DNA from: a virus
Lineage: Duplodnaviria > Caudoviricetes
Virus record (IMG/VR): IMGVR_UViG_3300033075_001000
Span: 2,948 to 66,947 of that record
Direction: 5' to 3' (one strand)
Length of the DNA stretch: 64,000 nucleotides
Shown here: positions 43,365 to 52,733 of the stretch, piece by piece
Layout of the letters: every line of letters begins with the position of its first letter
Numbering within the stretch: position 1 is the stretch's first letter
The notes under the pieces: generated by a model
What the model saw: only the letters and a program-made list of their open reading frames with translations
Databases searched by the model: none
What the model was told of the DNA's origin: nothing
Translations under genes and position numbers: made by a program

Positions 43365-45752
43365 CTACAGACTCGCGTTCCCCGACTCGGTGTACGTCTC
43401 GCGCGGGTTGGAGGCGACGCCCGCCGCCGTGGCCCACTGCTTCGACGGATCCTGGCCGGTGTAAAGGGCGTGAAGCCCGGAGAGACCCTTGGACTGAAGG
43501 TCACGGCCATACCCCATGGCCGACTGCTGCCCCTGGAGGCCGGTTGTCTTCCTCGCCTGCCCGAGCCCAGCGACGTTGAGCATCCCGGACGCACCGGTCT
43601 CCTTGCGCTTCTGGGTCTCGTTGGCGAAGTCGATCTGGTTCTGCCTGCCCTGCGATCCCATGGTTTCGCTGAAACCGCGGGCCATCTTCGCCATGTTCGC
43701 GGCGTAGCCTGCGCTGTTCCCGGTGCGTGCCTGGTTGCGGAGCATCGCGTCGCGGTTCGTCTCGAATCCGGCGCGGGCCGCCTTCATCCCTTCCTGGGTG
43801 ATGGCGTTCTGCTCGGCAGGCGAGTAGCCGCCCTTGAGCATGTCGCCGTAGGCGCCGTAGGCCTCGTCCTCGCCGCGGCCCGCCTTCTTCGTCATCTCTT
43901 CCCAGCCCTGGAGGTTTCGGTTCTCGTAGTCCGTCAGGTTGCCCGACGCGAGGTCCGTGTAGGCCCCGTAGAGGCCGCCCTGGGGCTCCTCGGGGCGCCA
44001 GAGGGGAGAGGTGGACCATGCGTCGCCGCCTGCGTAGCCGGCGTCGGGGTACGCCTGTCCGATCTGCATGTCTTCGTAGACCGGGTTGCCCTTCTCATCC
44101 ACGACCGCGCTGCCGTCGGCATTCCGCTTCTGCACCTTCGTCGGGTTGAAGCCCTGTGGGCCGAACTGGGATGCGCGCTGCGGGTTGTCTGTGTCCTGGT
44201 TGCTGTAGGCGCCGCCAGGCGGATCGTTCGTCTCGTCGAACCCATCCGGGACCCAGTCCCCGTCCTGGTTGATGTGCCCGCCTCCGCCACCGCCGTTCAT
44301 CCGGTTGTAGGTGTCCCGAATCTGGGCTGCGTAGGGCGCCAGGTAGGCGTCCCATTCCGGATTCCCGGTGAGGCTCCCGTCGCCACCATCGGTCCCGTCG
44401 CCCCTGCCACCCGTGGGTTCGACCTCGGGATCCCCCCCATTGTTCGGGTCGTCCTCGACGCCTTTCCCGTATGCGCTGTAGTCGGGAGTGGCCGCCACGT
44501 TGCTGGCGAGGGCCTGCGGCGGTGTCGTTGTCGACTTGCCCTGGATGATCGGCTTCCCGGGCCCGGGAGGATTCGTGGGTGAGCCGCCGGCGACAGGGGG
44601 CAGATTCGGTCCGCCAGCGGCGGGCGCTGTCCCCGGGATGAGCCCGTCCTGTGGCCTGCCCGTGACGGCTTCCTGCGCGGCAGCGCCGCTCTTGATCTTC
44701 GCGATGTTCTCGGGGTCGAGGTTGTTGAGCTGCCCGAGAATGGTGTGCCCCACGCTGAACGCCTCCGGCCCCATCTGGTCGAGGATGGTGCCGAAATGCT
44801 TCTTGAGGTCGTCCACGGTCAGGCCGGACTGGAGAGCCTTGACGACGTCGGGTTCGCGGACACCCTGGACGTCTCCCTTCTTGGAAAGGAAGTCCTGGAC
44901 CTCGAGGAAGCCCTTGTACTCAGGGCTGTTCAGCTTGGACTGGAGCGCGTTGGCCTCGTCCATGCGCCCCGCACGCTTGAGGGATTCGACGCTGCCCTGG
45001 TTGGCGTAGCGCAGGTATTCGGCTGACGTCTGGTTCGTCGGCCGTCCCGCGGCGCGGGAACGCTGGTACTCGATCTCCTGGGGACTCCATCCGTGCCGCT
45101 TCGCTGCGAGCTGGAGCGCCTCCTCTTGGCGAGGGTCAAGCTGCCCTCCCGATATTGATGGGTTCGTCTTGTCGTAGGGCGCTGGAGCCGGGGCCGGGAT
45201 CGGAGTGCCTCCGCCGGGCGGCAGACTGACGGGCGGGCGGGTATCGTCCTTCGGACCGGTTCCGCCCGGAGGCAGGGGGCCACCGCCGAGCGACCCGGGG
45301 CCTCCCGGTTGAATGATCGGTCCACCGCCGTCGGGCGAAGGGATGGGCGCGGACGACCCACCTCCGGGAGGAGGCGTTGGCGGCGCCGGCGGAGGAGTCC
45401 CGGGCGGCACGTAGCCGTTCGTTTCCTGTCCGCCGAGCGTGGGGTTCTGCGAGCCGTACCCGCCCCAGCCGCCGTACTTCTTCGCCGGGAGCGGATTGTT
45501 CGGGTCGGCCGCACGAGCTGCGACCTGATCGTTCGACTCGAACGAGCCGCCGTACCCGGGGCCTCCGAAGAGGAGGTTCCTCTGCGCGAGTTGCTGGTTC
45601 GCCTCCCCGGCGAGCCGCCCCATGATGTCCTCAAGCGGGCGCTGGTTGGCGTTCTCGCCGAGGTAGGTGTTTTTTTGCTTGATGTTCCCGCGGCCCGCGC
45701 CAATGGATCCGCTCGTCCCGCCGCCGTAGAGCCCCTTGACGATGTCACCCAT
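43365..45752 (-). CDS. Putative ejection/pilot protein (Gly/Pro-rich with a helical Gln/Gly C-terminus)
   Basis: 795-aa ORF; C-terminal NAITQEG...NQIDFANETQKRK region; position. Confidence 0.55.
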   Translation of the reverse strand: MGDIVKGLYGGGTSGSIGAGRGNIKQKNTYLGENANQRPLEDIMGRLAGEANQQLAQRNLLFGGPGYGGSFESNDQVAARAADPNNPLPAKKYGGWGGYGSQNPTLGGQETNGYVPPGTPPPAPPTPPPGGGSSAPIPSPDGGGPIIQPGGPGSLGGGPLPPGGTGPKDDTRPPVSLPPGGGTPIPAPAPAPYDKTNPSISGGQLDPRQEEALQLAAKRHGWSPQEIEYQRSRAAGRPTNQTSAEYLRYANQGSVESLKRAGRMDEANALQSKLNSPEYKGFLEVQDFLSKKGDVQGVREPDVVKALQSGLTVDDLKKHFGTILDQMGPEAFSVGHTILGQLNNLDPENIAKIKSGAAAQEAVTGRPQDGLIPGTAPAAGGPNLPPVAGGSPTNPPGPGKPIIQGKSTTTPPQALASNVAATPDYSAYGKGVEDDPNNGGDPEVEPTGGRGDGTDGGDGSLTGNPEWDAYLAPYAAQIRDTYNRMNGGGGGGHINQDGDWVPDGFDETNDPPGGAYSNQDTDNPQRASQFGPQGFNPTKVQKRNADGSAVVDEKGNPVYEDMQIGQAYPDAGYAGGDAWSTSPLWRPEEPQGGLYGAYTDLASGNLTDYENRNLQGWEEMTKKAGRGEDEAYGAYGDMLKGGYSPAEQNAITQEGMKAARAGFETNRDAMLRNQARTGNSAGYAANMAKMARGFSETMGSQGRQNQIDFANETQKRKETGASGMLNVAGLGQARKTTGLQGQQSAMGYGRDLQSKGLSGLHALYTGQDPSKQWATAAGVASNPRETYTESGNASL

Positions 45753-47679
45753 GGCCGCACTCCTTACGCCACATCTCGAACGACTCGACTCTGTTGCTGT
45801 GATAGTAGAGATGCACCTCGCGTGTGACTCGGCGCGCGAACTCCAGCCCCCCCGCGATGAGAGCGACCATGCCGATCACTTGCCCGAGGATCTCCCTGTA
45901 GGTGTATGCAAACATCTGGGTCTCTCGCTTGGGGCTGCGAGCCCAGTCGTTCGAGGCGTCCCAGACGAGGAACGAGGACATGAGGACAGGCTCGAGGACG
46001 CCCCGGTGCCTCGCGTAGAAGCCGTTGTTCGGGAGCCTCACGATCATGTCGCTCATCAGCTTCATGACGGCACCGCTCAGCTCGTCGGCCGTGAAGTCCC
46101 CGTCGGCGAGGTCGTCGGCGAGCTGTGAGCCCTCACCCAGGAGCCCGAGGAGCGCTGCCGCTTCATCGTCTCCCGCCGCCCACCGCCGGTGCATGTCGGC
46201 TTCGCTGGCCGCCAGGGCTGGGTCGCCCCAGTTGTCGGGGACGATCTCGAGGTAGGCGAACCCCAGGTCCTTCTCCCCGTCGTAGACGCGGCAGAGCGCC
46301 TCCTGGTAGGTCAGGGAGTGGAACGGGTCGACAACCTGTTGATGCGGGGAGACGGGGCGGAGCTCTAGCGTCCGGTCCTCGAGCATGAGGAGAAATCCGC
46401 GCCGCTCGTACTCGACGGGCACCACGAAGCCATCGCAGAAGTCCCAGAGTTCCTTCCGCCCGCTTCGCTCGTAGAGCATCATCTTCTTCCCGTCGCTGAA
46501 CCGGATCGACGCCCAGAGCCAGCCCTGCCGCGAGGGCAGTAGGCCGGTCTCGTAGTCGATCCAGACGTCGGTCGCGCACCCCGCGACCATCCGCACCTCG
46601 TCGTAGTCGATGGACACGACGGCCGAGGCGGACGGCCATGACCGGTGGAGGGACCAGCCGTACTCGCCGAGCGGCGCGACGCCGTGCTCGACCGCGGTGC
46701 AGGAGTCACGGACGCTGATGCTGAGCCGTCCGCCAGGGAAGAGGAACGTCTCCCCGTTGTGCTTCGTGGTCGGCCCTGCGTGGATCACGCGGCCCGTCTC
46801 CTCGTTCACGATCGCGACGTGCGAGAAGCTGTACCCGGAGAGCGGATCCCCGAACTTGGCGGCCATGAACCCGAGATGACCAACTTTCCCGGAGTAGTAC
46901 GTCCACTCGAAGTTCCGGCCGTTCTGCTGCCGCCAGAGGCCCTTCAGGTCTTCGACCCGCTCGAGCTCGTGGCCGACGGCGATGACCCCACGGGTGTCAT
47001 CGTGGAGGGGGACGATGCCAACCATGTCAGGGATGGTGCCCAGGAAGATGTGGTCGTAGCGCTCCAGCTCAGCGGGGCCGAAGTGGTACGCACGGTGGCC
47101 CAACGCTCCGGTGACGGCGGAACAGGTGTCGACCAGGACATGGCGGCCGTCATTGTCGACGTAGTAGCAGGACTCGAATGGCTTGAAGTTGATGCCCTGG
47201 AACCCGCTGTCTGCCACATCCTTGCACGCCTCCATGAGGGCCTTCGCGTCCGGCACGATGAAGAATGAGGGGTGGACCCTCGCGATGTGGATGCCGTCGG
47301 GCGTCTCGATCTTCGGGATGAATCTCCCACCGAACAGAGCGCCCTTGATGTCGATGCCCTCGCAGTTGGCCCAGAACGCCATGTCGGTGTCGATGAAAAC
47401 GACCGGGTCCGTGAGGCCGAGCTGGACGTGGCGCTCGAGCACCCCGCCGATGAACTTGCCGTGCTCGGTCCTCTCCAGGAGCCTGTAGAAGTAGGCGCCC
47501 GCCCTGGTGGCAGCGTCTTCGATGTCAGGGACGACGGAGGAGTCGGAGAAGTTGTCGGCGACGTAGACGTCGGCCGTGGGGAACCCGACACGCAGGGTCT
47601 TGAATACCATCAGCGTCTTGTCGAGGTTCGCCGGCGACATGCACGTCGTGAGGATGAAGACTTTCACGAGGCCATCCAC
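45745..47679 (-). CDS. 644-aa multidomain protein: GT-A-like (DxD) + AttH/lipocalin-like + DDxxD helical domain
   Basis: VVFIDTDMAFW; EWTYYSG...WLWASIRFSDG...MLY...AYLEI; QLADDLADGD. Confidence 0.5.
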   Translation of the reverse strand: MDGLVKVFILTTCMSPANLDKTLMVFKTLRVGFPTADVYVADNFSDSSVVPDIEDAATRAGAYFYRLLERTEHGKFIGGVLERHVQLGLTDPVVFIDTDMAFWANCEGIDIKGALFGGRFIPKIETPDGIHIARVHPSFFIVPDAKALMEACKDVADSGFQGINFKPFESCYYVDNDGRHVLVDTCSAVTGALGHRAYHFGPAELERYDHIFLGTIPDMVGIVPLHDDTRGVIAVGHELERVEDLKGLWRQQNGRNFEWTYYSGKVGHLGFMAAKFGDPLSGYSFSHVAIVNEETGRVIHAGPTTKHNGETFLFPGGRLSISVRDSCTAVEHGVAPLGEYGWSLHRSWPSASAVVSIDYDEVRMVAGCATDVWIDYETGLLPSRQGWLWASIRFSDGKKMMLYERSGRKELWDFCDGFVVPVEYERRGFLLMLEDRTLELRPVSPHQQVVDPFHSLTYQEALCRVYDGEKDLGFAYLEIVPDNWGDPALAASEADMHRRWAAGDDEAAALLGLLGEGSQLADDLADGDFTADELSGAVMKLMSDMIVRLPNNGFYARHRGVLEPVLMSSFLVWDASNDWARSPKRETQMFAYTYREILGQVIGMVALIAGGLEFARRVTREVHLYYHSNRVESFEMWRKECGHG

Positions 47680-47725
47680 TCCTTGTGAGCGCGGACGAGG
47701 AAGTCGATGACCTTCCGGATCAGAT

Positions 47726-48148
47726 TCATACGATGAACCTCCGGTCCAAGAGGACCTTGAAGTGTTCGCGGTGCTCGTCCGACACGAACCCTGCCAGGCC
47801 GGCGAGCCGCCGCGCGAAACCGCGGAAGATCCGCGGGGTAGCTACCATCACGTCCCTGAACCCGTTCAGGCGTGCGAACCGGAACCCTTCCTCGAGAATC
47901 ACCCTGGCGAGCTTCCAGCGTTCGGCAGGAGTGCCCCACGTCTTGTCGAGAAGGAAGTGCCCCTCCACGGTGACATGGAGGATCCCTGCCCCCACCACGA
48001 GGCCTGTTTCATCCTCGACGATGCAGGCAACCATGTTGTCGGGGGCGGCGGGATCCGGCACGTAGAACTCTTCCCCGTGCCGATGGTGGAGCTCGAGGAT
48101 GACGTCTGCGTCGCCCGGGAGGGCGGGCCGTACCTTCAGCGCTGCCAT
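47726..48148 (-). CDS. GNAT-fold protein (virion-module acetyltransferase-like)
   Basis: KVRPALPGDADVILEL start; IVEDETGLVVGAG; ARLNGFRDV; FARRLAG. Confidence 0.6.
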   Translation of the reverse strand: MAALKVRPALPGDADVILELHHRHGEEFYVPDPAAPDNMVACIVEDETGLVVGAGILHVTVEGHFLLDKTWGTPAERWKLARVILEEGFRFARLNGFRDVMVATPRIFRGFARRLAGLAGFVSDEHREHFKVLLDRRFIV

Positions 48149-48474
48149 CGCCGTCGCTCAGCCGCGTCGGGCCTGGGCGGCTGGAGGCCGACGCCAGGTG
48201 GCGGCGTGAACTGCGGCGGCATCTGCTGCGTAGCGCGCCCGTACCACTCAGGGGTGCCCCCCGGCATCTGCTTGCCGGGCATCTGAGGCCTCGCATTCGA
48301 GGCGGTCCGGGCGGAGTTGTCGACCGACGGGGCGGTCTGCTTGGGCTTCTTGGTGCTCTGGGGGGCCGGGATCGCCGGCACCGCGGGTGGGTTCTGGGCG
48401 ACGCTCCCGTACCCCTGGAGCCCCTCGGGTTCCGGGTATCCCCTCGAGTACCACGGGAAGTTCAGGTCGCCCAT
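48136..48474 (-). CDS. Pro-rich hypothetical protein
   Basis: RBS AAGGGGTAGGAG; low complexity. Confidence 0.5.
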   Translation of the reverse strand: MGDLNFPWYSRGYPEPEGLQGYGSVAQNPPAVPAIPAPQSTKKPKQTAPSVDNSARTASNARPQMPGKQMPGGTPEWYGRATQQMPPQFTPPPGVGLQPPRPDAAERRRWQR

Positions 48475-48486
48475 CTCCTACCCCTT

Positions 48487-48990
48487 CTAGTACCTTCTAC
48501 TCCTGGGGAAGCCTGGCGCGGGGATCGGCGGGAGGCCGGGCTTCTTCGGGCCCATGTTACCGCCGGGCTGCGGCAGATTCACGATCCCCCCGCCGTTCCC
48601 CAACCCAGGCCTGGGCGGTGGGCCTGCTGGCTGCGGCATCGTTCCCTTGAACCCCCCCGTTCCAGGGGGCGGGATGGGCGGCATCCGGCCCCCCCCACCG
48701 GTCATCCCGGTCCCTCCAACCGGAGGCCGTGGCGGGTTGCCGAGACCCGGGCCCGGCGCGTAGCCGCCACCAACCGGGGGCCGCGTCGGGTCGGGCATCG
48801 TGAAGGTGTCGGGCGGCGACATGACCGGTGCCGGCTGCTGCGGCATCGGCGCCGGCGCACGCCGGGGCATGACGTCGGGCTGCTCGAAACCGGCCGGGTC
48901 GCCGGGCTGGACCGGCATCCCTTCCATCGGAGGGGCAGGCGCGCGGACGCCGGCCCCCATTCCACGGTTCGGGTTCAGGAACTGTCCCAT
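48487..48990 (-). CDS. Pro/Gly/Met-rich low-complexity protein
   Basis: RBS GTAGGAGGAAAAC; Pro and Gly dominate the sequence. Confidence 0.55.
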   Translation of the reverse strand: MGQFLNPNRGMGAGVRAPAPPMEGMPVQPGDPAGFEQPDVMPRRAPAPMPQQPAPVMSPPDTFTMPDPTRPPVGGGYAPGPGLGNPPRPPVGGTGMTGGGGRMPPIPPPGTGGFKGTMPQPAGPPPRPGLGNGGGIVNLPQPGGNMGPKKPGLPPIPAPGFPRSRRY

Positions 48991-48999
48991 GTTTTCCTC

Positions 49000-49944
49000 C
49001 TACTCGTTCCACTCAACCAAGAGGTATCCGCTTCTGCCGGCGCGCATCCCTGACGCCGCACCGTGGTAACCACCCGTGCCCCACCCCCCGGGGAAGCTCA
49101 CGCCAGGAGCCCCGTTCACCGCGGTCGTTCCAGAGGCCCCCGTGATCGGAGGGAAGCCGTTGGCCCCTGACGTGCCGCCAGGCCCACCGGCAGCGGCCCC
49201 AATCCCCGTGGTTGTCCCCGTGACGCCCCCTGACCCGAGCCCCCCCGCGAGTGTGAGGAGCCCCCCGAAGGACGTCGCGCCTCCCGCACTCCCCGCCGTG
49301 ACGCTCCCGGCGGTTGAGGAGCTCGCCCCCGCGGTGCCGCCGGTCCCGATGGTGACGGTGTAGCCAGTCGATGCGGTGACGGTGAGCTTCTTGCGGAAGA
49401 CCGACTCGCCGCCGCCTCCGCCGCCGACCCCGCCGTGAGCCGTGTCGGTCTCTTCCCCGCCGCACCCGCCGCCAGCTCCGCAGCCGGTGACCCAGACCTC
49501 CGTGACTCCGGCCGCCGTGGTGAACACCGTCGCCCCGCTCGTGAATTCCTGCGCCCTCATGATCTTGCCTCCCGTGAACGTCAGGGTTCCTCCCGAGACC
49601 GAGAAGCCGGTGCCGAGGGAGATTTCCTCGACGTCGCCCGCGCCGGCCGTCGAGCGGCCCAGCAGGCGGTCGGTGGCAGAGACGTTCTGGATCTTGGCGT
49701 AAGTGACGGCGTCGTTGTCGATGGTCCACGTCGCGAAGTCGTTCGTGACCGTGATGTCGCCCTTGTCGCCGTCGGTCAGCTTGGCCTCGATGGCAGCGAT
49801 GGACGCGGCGCTCGACGCCGCGAGCGTGTCGTGGGCCCCGGCGAGCTCGTTGCCGGTCAGACCGATGTCGCGCAGCATCTCGTAGAGAAGAGGGTCCTTC
49901 TGGGCGCGCTGCGCGAACTTCGTGGTCTTGAAGTTGATGGGCAT
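49000..49944 (-). CDS. Tail fibre/spike-like protein with a Gly-rich domain
   Basis: DGDKGDITV...AVTYAKIQNV...LLGRSTAGAGDVEEI; QEFTSG...VWVTGCGAGGG Gly-rich module. Confidence 0.7.
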   Translation of the reverse strand: MPINFKTTKFAQRAQKDPLLYEMLRDIGLTGNELAGAHDTLAASSAASIAAIEAKLTDGDKGDITVTNDFATWTIDNDAVTYAKIQNVSATDRLLGRSTAGAGDVEEISLGTGFSVSGGTLTFTGGKIMRAQEFTSGATVFTTAAGVTEVWVTGCGAGGGCGGEETDTAHGGVGGGGGGESVFRKKLTVTASTGYTVTIGTGGTAGASSSTAGSVTAGSAGGATSFGGLLTLAGGLGSGGVTGTTTGIGAAAGGPGGTSGANGFPPITGASGTTAVNGAPGVSFPGGWGTGGYHGAASGMRAGRSGYLLVEWNE

Positions 49945-52379
49945 CAGGTCTTCCGAAGGAACGAGTAGGGGGCCTGCTTGAGGAACGCCCCAAGCCGTCG
50001 CAGGCTCCAGTAGTCCGTCGCACCCGTCGTCCCGACCCGGAACCCGAGCTGCGTCTGGATGTTGTGGAACTTGATCTCGACGTCGTCGTCCGGGGCCGTC
50101 GAGAGCGTTTTGGCCGTGAGCGTCGTCAGCGTCCCGCCCGGCGTGCGCGACTGCGTGACGAGGCTGCCCGCCCCGCGGATGCGGAGGATGAGCCGGTCGA
50201 AGAGGGAGCGGCCGATCTCGGAGCCGACGGGGGCCGTCTCGTAGTACGACGGGAACGCGACGGTGAAGTCGGCGAGGGCCCCGGTGGTCTGCTGCCCCAG
50301 GTTCGTGCCGACCGATACCGTGAACGCATCGTCGCGAGTGTCCATCTCGACCATGTGACCGAAGGTCGCGGCCATGGGCCAGATGGTCCACTTGCGCCCC
50401 ACGCCTCCGCCGGCAATCGGGTCTCCGAAGCCCTCGACGTAATCGAGGACGAAGACCTGAGCGATGGCGCCGCTCGTGATGGTGGTCGAAACGCCGATGT
50501 AGACCCGCTGGGCGGACGTATCGACGACGCTCCAGAAGCCGGCCCCGTGCGTCCAGTCGAGCGCGTCCCAGGTGGGCTGGATCTCCTGGCTGATCTTCTC
50601 CGGCGTCCCGCCCGTGAAGTGGTAGACGCCGTTGCGCGACACGATGATGGCCCAGGAGTCACCGAGGGCGACGCCGTGCGGCGACGGGGTCCCGACGGTG
50701 TTGGAGACCTGGTCCACGGTCCAGGTGTACGGCTCGTCCCCGTTGTCGGTGACGACGTAGAGCGAGTGATCCTTGCAGACGTAGAGATTCCCGCGGAGCT
50801 GGAAGACGTCGGTGATGTACTGCCCGTCGTCCTTGGCGACCTGCACGAGACCGGTGGTGTCCATAACCGTCTCGGGGTCGTCGGGAGGAGAGACCCAGAG
50901 GACCGAGCCCATGTTCGCTTCGACGGCGTCGTAGAGTTCGATCCGGTCGATGAAGACGGTCTTGCCCAGCGGGATCGTGTTCTCGCCAGCGACCGTGATG
51001 TTGACGTACTGCCCGACGGGAGCCTCGCTGCCGAGGACGTTGCCCCAATCCCAATACGACCCGGAGTAGCCGGCGATCTCGGCGATGAGCGCCGACGCAA
51101 TCGTCGTCCCCGTCCCGGCGACATTCGAGGCGGAGACGCGCACCGTCACGCGGGCATTGGACGCGGCCATCCCGCTGTCCACCTTGGCTCTGACACGCAG
51201 CCCATACCGATGGCCGGGCAGGATGTAGTTCGTACCGCTCAGCCCGTAGTTGAGGGCGACCTGGTCGATCTGCCCTCGCGTGGCCGTAGCACCGTCCCCG
51301 GTGATGCGGTAGGCCTGGAGGGCGACGCCAGGGTCGGTGACGATGGCACCCCCCGCCCCGGTCGCCACCCACTCCGACGGCAGCGTGCCGTCGCGTTCGT
51401 CGAATGAGAGGGAGCGGAGGCCGACAGAGATAGGCGCGGAACTCGTCACGTCGGCGTCGGAGAAAGCCTGCGTGGACCCGTTGGCGCCCCAATAGCCGAG
51501 ACGGCTCCCGTACTTCTCGACGCCGACCATCGCCCGGACCGGGACGTTGTCGATGTAGTCCTCGAGCGACGTCCCGCTGATGAGCTCGGAGTCCGTAAAC
51601 GTGAGGCCGCTGAGCGTCGTCGTTGTGTTGTCCTGGATCGTGAAGCGCGGCAGGGTGAAGAACGAGGTGCTGTTCGCTGGCGTCGCGAAGACGGTCCGCT
51701 TGGTCACGTAGCCGGGACCGATGGGAATAACGGCGAAGTCGGCGCCCTGATTCAGGAGAAAGACGGCTCCGACGGGAGCAGAGGGGGGCGTGACGTACTC
51801 CGACTCCGTCTCGTAGACGACGACGAAGTCGTGACGGCCGGCGGACATCGTCCCCCCGGCACTCGGGGTGACGGTGAAGCACGCCGTCGGAGCGGCCTGA
51901 CCGACCGGCGTGATCCGCTGGCCGTCGTACTTGAAGACGCCGATAGATGCAGTCGGCGTGAACGGGATGGGATCGAGGATCGACGGGTTGTCCGGCGTGT
52001 CTTTCAGCTTGTAGACGGCGAAGTACGCCCGGCCGAAAAGCGTCGTCCCGCGTAGCCGGTGCTGCTCTCCCATCGCCGTAGTCGTCGCAGCAACGTCGCT
52101 GAACGGGATCGCCGCGCCGTCGTCAGTGATAGTCCCATTCGTCATGAGGATCAGGAGTCGCCTGGTATAGAGCGGGTCTACGTACGACAACATCCCCGTG
52201 GCGTTCGACGCCGTCGTCAGATACGTCGTGAACCCGACCCGGCTCCTGACTCCACCCGGGAAGAACTCCACATTCGAGCAGTCCGGCGACACTCCAACCG
52301 GCAGGTCGGATCGGTCGATCAGCGTCACCAGGCCGCCGTACTGATCTACCAGGACCGGCTGGAGGCCGTCGGTGCTCAT
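49944..52379 (-). CDS. Tail nozzle / DNA-stabilisation protein (P22 gp10- or T7 tubular B-like)
   Basis: 811 aa, beta-rich; GG...DRSDLP...NVEF..GGVRSRVG N-terminus; LWVSPPDDPE; position after the adaptor. Confidence 0.65.
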   Translation of the reverse strand: MSTDGLQPVLVDQYGGLVTLIDRSDLPVGVSPDCSNVEFFPGGVRSRVGFTTYLTTASNATGMLSYVDPLYTRRLLILMTNGTITDDGAAIPFSDVAATTTAMGEQHRLRGTTLFGRAYFAVYKLKDTPDNPSILDPIPFTPTASIGVFKYDGQRITPVGQAAPTACFTVTPSAGGTMSAGRHDFVVVYETESEYVTPPSAPVGAVFLLNQGADFAVIPIGPGYVTKRTVFATPANSTSFFTLPRFTIQDNTTTTLSGLTFTDSELISGTSLEDYIDNVPVRAMVGVEKYGSRLGYWGANGSTQAFSDADVTSSAPISVGLRSLSFDERDGTLPSEWVATGAGGAIVTDPGVALQAYRITGDGATATRGQIDQVALNYGLSGTNYILPGHRYGLRVRAKVDSGMAASNARVTVRVSASNVAGTGTTIASALIAEIAGYSGSYWDWGNVLGSEAPVGQYVNITVAGENTIPLGKTVFIDRIELYDAVEANMGSVLWVSPPDDPETVMDTTGLVQVAKDDGQYITDVFQLRGNLYVCKDHSLYVVTDNGDEPYTWTVDQVSNTVGTPSPHGVALGDSWAIIVSRNGVYHFTGGTPEKISQEIQPTWDALDWTHGAGFWSVVDTSAQRVYIGVSTTITSGAIAQVFVLDYVEGFGDPIAGGGVGRKWTIWPMAATFGHMVEMDTRDDAFTVSVGTNLGQQTTGALADFTVAFPSYYETAPVGSEIGRSLFDRLILRIRGAGSLVTQSRTPGGTLTTLTAKTLSTAPDDDVEIKFHNIQTQLGFRVGTTGATDYWSLRRLGAFLKQAPYSFLRKT

Positions 52380-52382
52380 CCC

Positions 52383-52724
52383 CTACCCCTTCTTGAAGTA
52401 TCCGATGCCCGTGATGACGTCCGTGGTGAGCCCGCCGGGGTACGCCCCCGCCGAGAGCTCCGCGAACGGATCCTGCGCGTTGGCCCCGCTCGTGTAGACC
52501 ATCAGCTTGTTCGTCGAAGCGATGTAGCGGAAGCTGTAGCCGTTGACGTCCTCCGCCGTGATGTGGAACGGCACGCTCGGGCTCTTGAAGTTGAACCCCG
52601 AGAAGGCCCCCGAGAGGGACTCCCCGCCGGCGCTGTAGGTGCCAGAGAGCGTGACGGGGAAGACCACGAGCCACGCCTGCCCTAGGTCCAGGTTCTTGAT
52701 CGGGGTGCCAACTGAGATCGCCAT
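52383..52724 (-). CDS. Small structural protein
   Basis: LSGTYSAGGE...GYSFRY...NKLMVY; position in the head-tail block. Confidence 0.55.
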   Translation of the reverse strand: MAISVGTPIKNLDLGQAWLVVFPVTLSGTYSAGGESLSGAFSGFNFKSPSVPFHITAEDVNGYSFRYIASTNKLMVYTSGANAQDPFAELSAGAYPGGLTTDVITGIGYFKKG

Positions 52725-52733
52725 GTGAGCCTC

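Noticed and set aside
49000-50391. 463-aa extended tail-fibre ORF from the track
   Set aside because: The upstream 148 codons overlap the nozzle gene in another frame and are not protein-like; ATG 49944 overlapping the nozzle stop is more plausible.
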